64,000 nt of DNA from Kudoa neothunni (lineage: Eukaryota; Animalia; Cnidaria): contig OZ199839.1 of assembly GCA_964304625.1 (NCBI GenBank), positions 7,010,234 to 7,074,233 on the forward strand. Direction: 5' to 3'. Position numbers and translations under genes: made by a program. The notes below the pieces were generated by a model that ran no database searches, was not told the DNA's origin, and worked only from the letters and a program-made list of their open reading frames with translations. Shown here piece by piece: positions 27,501-39,018 of this stretch (the first letter of the stretch is position 1; each line of letters begins with the position of its first letter).

Positions 27501-28428
27501 AATTTCATACAATCTCAACCGCTAATTTTTAGATTCAAGAGTTGGAGATGGAAAAAACCATCGAACAAGATTCAAACAAGCGCAGACCTAACGATGAAAT
27601 AGGGAAAACAAAAATTGAAACAATCAAAGATGTATTATCAATCATATATACATACATACATACATATATACATACATATATACATACATACATACATACT
27701 TTAACATATTCTATTCGATTTATTATTAGGCTGAGAAACTCATCGAACAAATTGAAGCATGCATTAAAACTCAAGGTGCTGGTAGATCGATTGATGAAGA
27801 CGGATCTAGGGATGAATTGCTTGCCACTCTCAAATCCATCAAACAAACGTATATTTTTATGGGGTTTTAACATTTAATTTTTATAGTCAAATTGAACAAT
27901 GTCTTTCATTGTTACCCCATTCGTATGTTGTCACATTTATGAGATACCTAAACTGGTGGATAGAAATGGTACCTAATTTAATTTCTGAATTTATTATACC
28001 CAGTTACATATATTTCAATCGTTAGGATCTTGTTAATGTTGAGTTGTGTTCAAGATGCTCTTTATATTTATTCAAGTAGTTGAATTTTTGTAGACTTATT
28101 TAATTTATTCGGATTTTATAGGATACATTACAACTATTTGCCCAACAAAGTTCCTGTTGAAAAAATCGAGGAGACTATTCAAAGAAGAATCACAGATTTA
28201 AAGGTAATTGTATTTTATTTGGCTGCTTCCTAGTAAAATTATACAATTTTTAATTATTGTTTTTCGCGTTATCTGTAGGATGTTGTTGGCTTAAATATAG
28301 CCGCGCTGCGATATATGGAATTCCAAAAGTACGGAACTGCTATAAACACTCGTATCGTTGAAGAAGTCAGCAGGAAAAAGTCCGCAAAAAATAAAAAAAA
28401 GAAATCTACACTAAAGGTTGTAGTTTAG
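21548..28428 (+). CDS. WDR3: WD repeat protein 3 / Utp12 / Dip2 (SSU processome); multi-exon, with a 3.1-kb intron at 23909-27019
   Basis: MKVYQRY start; WD40 repeats ([21 protein letters not shown]); diagnostic [28 protein letters not shown] and [20 protein letters not shown]; Utp12 C-terminal [10 protein letters not shown]. Confidence 0.93.
25778..26417. mobile_element. Non-autonomous hAT (Charlie/Buster-type) MITE in the WDR3 intron
   Basis: TIRs CAGGAGGCAGCAAC / GTTGCCAACCCCTG; perfect 8-bp TSD ATATAGAC; subterminal GGCCCG motifs. Confidence 0.9.
27640..27700 (+). repeat. (TACA)n microsatellite in a WDR3 intron
   Basis: Direct reading. Confidence 0.9.
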
Positions 28429-29345
28429 GGACAGTATTTTAGGTTGATTGGTATGTCTGGCCAATACATGTAATTGTTGTAATTTTTATATTGTGATTTC
28501 ATTTTGTGGTATATTGCTATGATTTGGTCAATTTTTTCTGATGGATACAGCGAATTGAGTTGAGTTTTGGTTTTTTCGCCGCCATTAATTTTGTTGACAG
28601 TAGGCATGAGTTTATTATTGACTAAAAATTTTAATTTTTAAAAATAATATCTTAAATTAGGTTATGCCGCGCATGCGCACACAGCATAACACATAATTTC
28701 TGAGTCCAAAATGCAATTCCGGAGTTTTTGGAGAACGTTAAACTACTGATATTAGAATTAAAAATATTTCTAAGATTGGAATTTAACGGAAAATTAATCA
28801 AATATAATAAAAATAAATACACTATCGTTATAGTAGTAACTAATCATTGAATTTTTTATAATCATAGTTTTAATTATGATTAACATACCTTTTATAAAAT
28901 TGAAACCTTCATCAGCATCATTTTGAGAATTTTGTTGTTCTATGAATGAATGCATTTAGTCGTGAGCTATGATCAATGGATTCACCATTTAATTTCCTCG
29001 TAAGATTTTGCTCTATAATTCTATAAAACTGTTCGCTTATCTCCACACTTTTTTCCTATTTTTGGTTGATAATATATTGGACTTTATTGAATCTACTTGA
29101 TTATTATTTGAGGACAAAATTTCCTCCTCATATTTAGATTCACTATCAAAGTGAGTATTTGATGAATTTCCTCTAGCATATATATGTCTCATTAGATCAT
29201 TCCAAATCCGATCACATTGACAATTCTCCTTGAGGCAAACCATACTTACGGCCTTCATGAAGTATGCGTGCGCACATAAATTACATGCGGCTTTGAGGGG
29301 ACAGGGTAAGAAAATTCGACAAATTTTCCTTAGATTGGTACTCAT
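28425..29345 (-). CDS. Gemin8-like protein (SMN complex), multi-exon, 5' end uncertain
   Basis: Last exon LNSLYPSEKIDQIIAI...YWPDIPINLKY resembles the Gemin8 C-terminus LYG..AAKIQAM...YWPVIPLKF; plausible short upstream exons. Confidence 0.5.
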
Positions 29346-29381
29346 ATTTTATCTTATTGCGGAAAAATATTTTTTAAGAAA

Positions 29382-31512
29382 ATGGACGGATACAATGCAC
29401 AGGAAATATTTGATAGAACGCTGCCACTGCTTAAAAATTTTCAAGGGAACGAAAATAATTTAGAATCACTTTTCGAGGTGGAACATTTTATAAAAAATCT
29501 CCATTACGATAAAAAACTTGTTTTTATCACTGTATTATTTTTATTGCATGATTTATATGAAAATCTTAAAATAATAATTGAATTTCGTTTATAGAGTGGA
29601 GGCACAAGTGTAACACTAGATCCAGTGAGATCTTTAGAAAATTTTAGTTCGGGATATCGTGGTGCCAAACTTGCCGAGTATACAACTGGAATTTGATTTT
29701 TATGATACAATTGACATTGATAGTAATACGATTGTTGTAGGAATTTCCTTCAGAGCGACTTTTCAGTCATTTTTTTGTATCGAGAAAACAGCTGTCGACC
29801 ATTCATGGAACAATTCGATCCATATATCGATTCTTTCGATATGCATTCACAATTGACTAAACTGAAGGAGAATTTTGAACAAATCCAATCATTTGTAATT
29901 TATATTGGGCTTCGATAATGAATGAAAATTGTAAATATCAATCTTTAGAAAAATAAATCTCTTTTGTTGGTACCATACAAGACTATTGAGAATTATCTTT
30001 ATCGGTTGATACACATAGCTTTAATAATGTCGAAAAAGACTTTCCTGCACAAGCCTACCGTTATATTGGCTGCGGCAGTGTCTGATTTTTATTTACCACC
30101 TGAAAGACAGGTGATTTTCATTTTTTCATATTTCTAGATTATTAATTATAATAATAGATAATATTATTTATTCGCATTTTGTTTAGTTATATTTTAATTA
30201 AACAAATAATATATATTAATTAATATTTAGATTTAATTGATATTGAATAAATAATATTAATTAATTAATTAATTAATTAATCAATTAAATAAAAATGGAT
30301 TAGTCACAAACTCGCGCAATCTAGTCATTTTGAACAAGAAAGTATTTAATTGGTCTTAATTAACGGATTAGAAAAACAATAGTTAGTTAACAATCTTTTG
30401 ATTATTTTATTAATAAATAATTATATTTTAATAATTAATTGTAAATAGACGAGTAAATTGAATTGAATTTAGCCGAAGATGTAGATGAATTAATCTAAGT
30501 GTAATTATATACAAATATAATAATGCGGAAATTCTAAATATTGATTTTTGGATATTGATCTATTTCACAAATAAATATTTTAATAAATAAAAATTTGTTC
30601 CACACTCTAATTGTTGATAAAAATACTAGATATCCTATCTAATTGTTGTATATTGACGTTTAGTGCAAGGAAAAGATTGATTCGTCCTCATTATACGATA
30701 CGTGGAAGATTGTTCTGGATCAAGTGCCCAAAATGATGAAATCGGTGATTGAGATCTTGAACGGAAAGTGTCTGGTGGTTTCTTTTAAAGTAATACTACT
30801 AGATGCTTAATTTTTTTAAACTATAAAAATAACAATATGCATGTTGTTTGGATAAATTTAATATTTATCCAAAGCATTAGAATAGTCGTAATTAGTTTAA
30901 TTATAACTTTGATTATTCTAAAATTTTTAAGTTATATTATTATAATTAGTCTAAAATTTTAAAATGAGTTTAAGTATAATGATAATCTAAAATTTTTAAG
31001 CTTGATACCAATGACACTACTCTGCTGCAGAAAGCAATCAACTCATTCCACACAAATAAACCTGATGTATAATCAATTAGTATATTGAGTTTGTTTAATT
31101 ACTTCACAGATTTGTATTGCAAATAATCTTCATAAAAGGAGGAATGAAGTTTACTTGGTAACGAAGAGTAATGGTACATCATAATTTATAAAAAGTTATT
31201 ATTCATCATATCTACATCATTTAAGTTATTGCATGCATTTTTGATGCTAATACAACAAATATTTCCGATCAAAATGATAACACAATAGAATATACCAAAC
31301 AACATGTTTCATTTTCTTCGATCCAAACGGAGAATTTCAGCGTTGAACTTCTCACGAAATGCCCCCTAGCCAAACAGAAAAGTGCACGAGACAAACCTTC
31401 AAACACAGAGGACACTGTTTATAGTGTTTTTAAAATCAAAAAGAATAATAATTGCGATATTGATATAGAAAAATTTATTTGTGATATTCTCATTGGGAAA
31501 GCCAATGAATAA
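29382..31512 (+). CDS. PPCS: Phosphopantothenate--cysteine ligase (CoA biosynthesis), about 8 exons
   Basis: Spliced motifs LVFIT-SGGTSVTL..VRSLENFSSGYRGA, VIFLYR, LAAAVSDFYLP, VPKM, VSFK-LDT, IANNL. Confidence 0.92.
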
Positions 31513-31957
31513 TTAATCTAAATAGCATTATTTTATATGCGCATTAAAATAGTACGTCGAATTTTTCTATATAACAAAATAATAAACTTTAATGCATGAA
31601 AATTAATTCGTTATTTAATTTTGTTATATAAATAATGTTCGGTGATGGAATTACATTGGAGTTTTCCCCTGTGATTATGGAGATTTATGGAAAATAAAAT
31701 ACTAATATTATTTAATGAGTAGCTTAGAGTTAATCATCCATCCTTCGAAAATTTAAAATCCAGTTCGGTTGACATGATCATTCTCCTACATAAACAATTC
31801 AGAATTTTTACACTTATCAATGGTGTAAACAATTTTTTTGGCACGTTTTGTTCGGCTTTATTGTCCTAAGCTCCATGGTTTAAATTGTTGATTTTTATTT
31901 TATCAATAGGTAGTGAATCCGTATTTCGTACTCATTTTCAATTTGTTCTATTTCTAC

Positions 31958-33104
31958 ATGAAGTTTATTTCAATTTTTATTTTTCTAATTCCAGTTGAAT
32001 GGCATTTGTCGACTGAAATGGGTAATGACATCAAACGAATTCGACGTGACTTTCGTGTATATTTATAGTATCGAGGAACTTTCCATCCTATTCAACAGTT
32101 TCTAAAAATTACAATAAACAAAATAGTCCCAAAGGTAGATGGAGTAATTTGAGTGTATGCCGTGTTAACGGAATTTAATAGAGAAATCCTCGAATCGATT
32201 TCGTCGACAATTCTCTGTCTGTGCCGTTGGGTGTCCTAATGTGTGTTCACCGAGATGTGAGCCTAGTTGTTGTCTGAGTGGAGGCAGCGCTGCAGCTCCA
32301 CCAATTTATATGCCTACTCCAAAAGTAGCCGTGAAGTATGTGGCTAGCCCGTCCCCAGCATATACACCTACTGAAGTTGCCGCGGCTCCAAAATATGTAG
32401 CCAAAGTTGCTGTACCATCTCCCAATTACAAACTTATTTCAGTTCACAACCCAACCCCATTACCAGCACCTCTCCCGCCAGCACCTCCATTACCGCCGCA
32501 ACCAAACCTGGCCTGTGGACCAACATGTAATCCCGCATGTATATCCACAGGTTGCAGTTCATCATGTTGTAATGCTCCTATGTATCCTGCAACTGAACCA
32601 GTCCCTCCAAGCTCACATCAAGTTATTTTTAGTCAATCTTCTTAATTTGTTAGGAATATTTTGAATTTGTTATTGTGACAGATGTCTCCTGGTCAAATAA
32701 CATCAGCTGGTTGTTCTCCTGTGTGTGCTAATCACTGGGTAGCTACTTTCACTGGAACCATCTACTCATCAAACCCTACTCCAACTAATCCTCCACCTTG
32801 TCCTCCCAAATGTATGTCAAGCTGTTGCCAACCTCCTCCTGCTTACATCAACCTAATGAAGTCATGTGCTCCTGACTGTGCCCCAACCTACTACCCTGAA
32901 TGTTGTCTTGGAAGTAAAATAAGGTTCATTTGACTAAATCAAATGCTACATTATGTATTAGCTTCAACTATTCCCTATCAACCCCCAGACCCGTTTCAAA
33001 TCCAAAGAACATCATATTCGCCATGTTCATCAATGTGTGCCCCCACATTCACCCCAAGTTGCTGTAAACGAGCCGCAGTGTTACCACCACTCAAGAGAAA
33101 ATAG
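31958..33104 (+). CDS. Secreted proline-rich protein with minicollagen-type cysteine-rich domains (nematocyst/polar-capsule candidate); alternative start at 31774
   Basis: Signal peptide MKFISIFIFLIP; dibasic sites KRIRR and RFRR; perfect CRD CAVGCPNVCSPRCEPSCC; polyproline; further CRDs; C-terminal CCKR...KRK. Confidence 0.85.
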
Positions 33105-33272
33105 AGACATATTCAATGGACCAAACTATGTACAAAATTCCGTGTTTTTACTGTAATTGAAAATGAAGGTTGGTATCAAGCTGGTTGCTTCTAACCTTCG
33201 AAATCAATCTTTGCTGGTTGTTTATCATCAAAAGCAACTATTTTACAACAGCGCTGAATTTTTAGTAGATAT

Positions 33273-34989
33273 CTATCTGATCGTGGTACTATTTCTTGCA
33301 CAATCATATAATGCTTCAAAAAGTGATACAAATCCAGTGTTTTTAGCCTAAAATTTATATGTTTATGTGTAAATATGTGGGAGAAAGAGCGAAAAATAAA
33401 TCAAAGAAATGGATAATGTTTACTTGTTTGAAACCTCGCTGAGATCGGTTTTTCATCACCTGAGTGAATTCTTCATTGCTTAATAGTTGATCACCTTAAG
33501 TTAAAATTATTCCCACAAAAACATTTAACAATCAGTACCATTTTCGTCAAAAATGCAGAAAAGAACATCAACCACATGATCGTCGAGATTTTTGTTCACT
33601 AACGAATGAACTATGTGCTTGAATATTGATTTGTCGATGTTGTTTCCATTGAGTTTGCAGAATTCAAGAGCGACTGCCGCAAGGGGCACTCTTTCTAGAA
33701 ACTTACAAAAAATACTGTACTGCTCGAATGATACACCCTGAGTAATTGATATTAAACGTGCATGATTTTGAAACAAATTACTCGTTCTTCACGAGAAAGG
33801 GACTCAAAACGCTGCTTAATCCGAAGTTGAATATTATGTCTTTTTTTGATCATGCTTTTTGAGGATGAAATAATCAACATAGCAAACATTTCATCAGTTA
33901 ATTTATTGTTCGCAGGGTTAAAATGATCGAACTATACAGCCTGTCTCATACAAAACGATCTCATATCTCAAAATATACTTCAGTTTGAGTTATTTCCATT
34001 TTTAACTTTTTACAGAAGCTAATAAGTTCGCTGATAGGCACAGGTCTATAGGTTGCGGGTAGTTCGTCATTGCTATTATTCTCGACTTTAAATAATTTTT
34101 CTAAAATGTTTAAATTTTTCAAGTTATTTTGAATTGATTCGAGTTGTAGTTTTCCGTATGTTTTACCGAAAACACTTTTCTTAAGAAAAGCAAATATGGC
34201 CTAAAAATATATGAAAAAGATCCCACTCATCGTAAGTACACTCAAAAATTCATCCTTTGATACTACACCATCATTGTTTATGTCAATAGTGTTGAAAACA
34301 ACTTCAAAATGAGACTCATCAGCTATAATTTTTTTTAAACGTTTGTTAATTATAAACTACTGCTCAGTATGATCCGTAGGACAAGAAAATCATAATAATT
34401 TAAAAGTCCATTGTTTGAGATTTGATATAGAGCGCTATCTTTTGAGATTTTGTTTTCATAACTCTGTTTTATTTTTGAGTAATTACAATATAGCTTAGGA
34501 TCAAAGTTACTTGGGGATCCACATTCTCGTAGATATCGAGCTTGTATTCTATACAATCATTTCAAAATATTATATAATTAAACAAAATTAAATAATATTT
34601 ACGAAATTTTAATATCATACCCTTTTGTACAACTGTATTGAGCATATAGGAATTCAAGAAATCATCAATAGTCATATAAATGATACTGGGATTTTTCGAA
34701 TCTTTTTTCGACGCAAAATATCTAAAAACCTTTTCGCTGGGGCTATATAGCCGAAGTTTATTCTCATAATCCACAATCTATTGTATATTTATGATTGTAT
34801 AAACGAAATGCACCTTAAGAATACAGTCGATGCTTTGGAATGATATCCATCCTCACAAACTCCCATTGAAAAAAACACATTATTAAATCGTTCGCCATTT
34901 TGATAAGCGATTCTAGGAAAAATAACAATGCACGATGCACTCATTACCATCATTTTCAATAAATTTTTATAACAAAGTATCCTAACCAT
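33273..34989 (-). CDS. MICU1: Mitochondrial calcium uptake protein 1 (EF-hand), multi-exon
   Basis: DYENKLRLYSPSEKVFRYFAS; YMTIDDF; EF-hands DINNDGVVSKDEF and DENGDQLLSNEEF; C-terminal MKNRSQRGFKQAKNTGF. Confidence 0.9.
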
Positions 34990-35475
34990 TTAAACATAAG
35001 CTTAATCCTACTTTGATAATGATCGTCGGAAGATTTAATAAATTCGTTTAGCTTCTTACTCAGTTCTCCTATTTATATGAAAAAAATACTTTGGCACTTA
35101 GAAATATTTATTATCGCTATAGAAAGCCTAGGTAAGCATCTATTGACTTTATAATTTTAATCCCTCGTGTGTAATTTTCGCTATAACAAATATCTGACTC
35201 CTATAATGTAACGATGGTTATAAAATAAGCAGCTATTATGTATTTATAAACTTAATTTATAAATAATAAGTAAGAATTAACAAATTTTAAAATCATAACG
35301 CATATGTGCACTGAAAATGTACATTTGTTTCCGCTTTCTCGCATTTTACTGAGCATCTCATGTATTATTTATGTAATAAATAAATAAATAACAAATTATA
35401 AAGTTTCTTCATTTAATTTATTTTTGAGGTGCTAAATTATATCTGAAAAATTTATAATTATTTGTTGCTTTAAGC

Positions 35476-37996
35476 CAGGGGTCTCCAAACTTTTTTAGGC
35501 TAGGACCACATTGGGTTGTTGATATTACTCCGAGGGCCACATTAAAAATTCAAACCAAAAAAACTCGAAAATCTAAATAAGTTCGCATAAAAATAAATAA
35601 ATATAACAGAAACACTAATAAGTTTATTCTCCATTATTTGAGGAGTGAAGTTGTTTCAGATTGATAAAATAATATCCCACTGTAGCATGAACTTTGACGT
35701 CCCTATCATCAATATGGAATTTAAGTGATTGTCAGACAACTGTGTTCTGTATGCGGATTTCACATATTTCATGTTTGAAAATGTTTTCTCGCATAAATAA
35801 GTTGTGGCAAATATTGAAATATATTTACTAGAAAAAGGTAAAAGATTCGGAAAACCACAACGAGGAAAAAGCTTATAAAATTATAATAAATTGTTTTCAT
35901 TAAATTTACGTTTGTATGTTTCATTTGTTTGTTCGGAGGTCAATGATTTCCATTTGCAACTCCGCAGGTAATCGGTCGAAGTGATATCCAAAAGGATTTT
36001 CGAATATTAAAATATTCGAGGAAAATGTCTCAGTATCGTTGAAACGTTCATCAAACTGCTGCATTAAATTGGAACGAGTGTCTTGGGTCGCAACAGTTAG
36101 AAAAGACATTACTTTGTTGGGAGTATTTTTCACAACGTGTAAAATGAGTGAAACAACTAGTATTTAATTGTGAATTAAATAAAATCAATTTCCGTCGAAA
36201 CGCTTTCATTAATGAATAAACATCGTTTATTAATAATGTTTCGCCTTGCAATTTAAAATTGAAATCGTTCAGGTGTACTGTTAAATCTGCAAAAATGCCA
36301 ATCATTAATTTTTAACAAATTTAGAGGATTTTTATGTTCGGTACGAAAAAACCCAATTTCTGCCTTTAAATAAAAGAATCGACTTAAAACCTTTCCACAG
36401 CTAAGTCACCTCACATTTTTGTAATACGGCAAATCCGAGCATTCCGCATTTGAATCGTTTAAAAATTCATTAAATTTTCTATGATGGAATCCATGTGACC
36501 GGATAAAATAAACAGTGGAAACAACGGGATTTAATATTGATGACAGGCCCATATTCTTTCCACAAAGAACTTGTTGACGAATAATACAATGAAGCGCCAA
36601 CGGTTTTTGTCCACCGGAGTTTTCGACCGCTTTATACATTTGTCCAACTAAGCCTTTTGTTTTTCCACTCATATTTCTATCCTCATCAGTAGTGATGCAA
36701 ATAGGTTTATACCAATTTAGGTTCAATTTTGGAATGACTTTTCAATCTCGTTAAATAGATCGAGACTTCTTATAGTTCCAGTTCCAATTCCAGTTTCATG
36801 CATGCTATGTATGGAGAGGAGTTCCTCTGTAACTTTCAATTCGATATTTACCCCTCTAATGAAAAAGAAAAGTTGCGAGGTGTTTGAAATATCCGTTGAT
36901 TCATCCAAGGTGATAGAAAAGCAGAAAAATTCCTCTATTATATCTCGTAATTGCGAAATAATATTTTCACCAATATTCTCCACTCTAGGACTTAATGTGT
37001 TTGCCGAAAGATTTATCTCAGAAAATAAGCTGGCTTTTTCCGGACATACCTCGTTCACCACGTCCTTTAGAGCTTCCTTGAAAATTTCACCATCATAAAA
37101 TGGTTTCCCTTTTTTGGCTACCAAATAGGCTACACGAAAATTAACTCTTGTGACCGCCTCATTTTCATGGACAATTTTTTTGAAAATCAATTGCCTCAAC
37201 AACAAATTACTTGTTAATATTCTGAACTTCTCCATACGTACAATTCCATTGTATTTTGAATACTACGACGAATGTTTTGTCTCGTAATATTTGCGAATAT
37301 TAAATTCTTTCAGCACTGAGAGTGTGTCACAAATAACACGTATTTCTTTGTTTCGTTATTTAGCAACAAAGTATTCTGTATTCTACTTATCGTTAAATAT
37401 TCGCCACTCAAGGTCGATTTTTCTCTTTCTTCTATAAACCACCATTTTTACACCATAAATCAGAGAGACACAGCGTGTGAAAACGAACATAGATCAACGA
37501 GAATGATTGAAAACTCAGATTGCTACACAAGTCATTTAACAATCATTTAACCAATAAATGATTCTATATTTATATCAAAATTTGGTAGTTTTCTGACAAA
37601 ATTACGATTTTTATAAATATATCATTGAATATCGTGATATTTGTAATACGAATAAAGGATAATATTACTATACGAGTATTGAGAATGCGAGATTTTTAAT
37701 GTTTATGATTAAGTTTAATAATAACAATAACAATAACAATTATTAGGAAAGAACTTAATTATAAATCTAACAAGAAAATTTTTATGCGAGTTGTGTACCA
37801 TTTAATTACAAAGTAACATTAAGTAATTAATTAAATTTACACGTCATTATGCAAGCGTACGTGCCTTCTAGGATTAAAGTTTACCGTGCAGATAGTCTCT
37901 GCCATAGCAAAAAACCAGTATAAAACCCTAAAATAAATATGAAATTGACCTCCAAGTTAAGGGAGTAAATTTAAAGAAAACCGTTGAGTACCCCTG
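35476..37996 (-). mobile_element. Decayed hAT (Buster/SPIN, GTF2IRD2-like) transposon
   Basis: TIRs CAGGGGTCTCCAAAC / GTTGAGTACCCCTG; near-identical 8-bp TSD ctttaagc/ctctaatc; frameshifted transposase (LDESTDISNTSQL, LHCII, FADLTVHLN). Confidence 0.9.
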
Positions 37997-39018
37997 CTCT
38001 AATCAGTTTAGGGTAGAAAACTACCGTAACGAGACTTTGTTGTATAATTTCAAACTCTCTGAGATCACCTGTATTACCCCATAACAATGTTATTCCCAAA
38101 TTCAATATGATACAAATTTTTAACTACTGTATTGGAAGAAATATATATTCTCCATCTACCGGTGTACTTTGGGATAGAAAAATATCTCATAATTTCCTTT
38201 GCTCATACAAAAAATAAAATAATTTTTTAGCTTAAATGATAAATTTTACGATTTTTTATAGTTTAGATTGATGTTTCCAAACTTATTTTTCTTTCACTTT
38301 TTATTGAATAAAAGTTCCGTGTCCCCATCTCTTAAATGTATTGATTTTTTAACTTTAACTGTTGAAAATTTGAAAGCAATTAATATATATCTTTTCCTCA
38401 TTAAAATTAAAATGTATTCGATCAGCTCTAACTTAATTTATCGGTGGATCTTAAAAACTAGCATCTTTAGGTCTTCATTTCGTCCAAAATAGCATCAAAT
38501 AAAACTCGTGGTAACCCAACCTTCATTAATCAAGACTTACGTATAAGCGGGCTAATGAACCGGAAATAACTAAAATAAAATAAATAAAAAATAAATTAAT
38601 ATTATATTAGTTTACACTAAAAATGCGGATATATGATCCTAAGTGAGACAACATTGAGATTCATACCATTCTGACTCTATTCGGGTGAATATTATGTTAA
38701 ATTTTATTATCAATTTTTATATAATTAGACAATGCTTTTTGTATTTTTTATGATATTAACTTCATAGTACGTCATACTTTGAATTATCTCACCATTATAC
38801 GTGCCACAGCAACACTAAGGATTTTTCACGTTCGAACACCAATAAGAATCACCGTTACAAATCCACATAAACATAGCCCCACGCTTTAAATATCAAGCAA
38901 CATCAAACCTACTTATAAATAACCAACACTAAGACAACCAACCATTAAAAAATAAAAGAAAGAAACACAACAATTCAAAAACATAAAACATAAAGTTCTC
39001 ATAGAAAAATATAGGATT

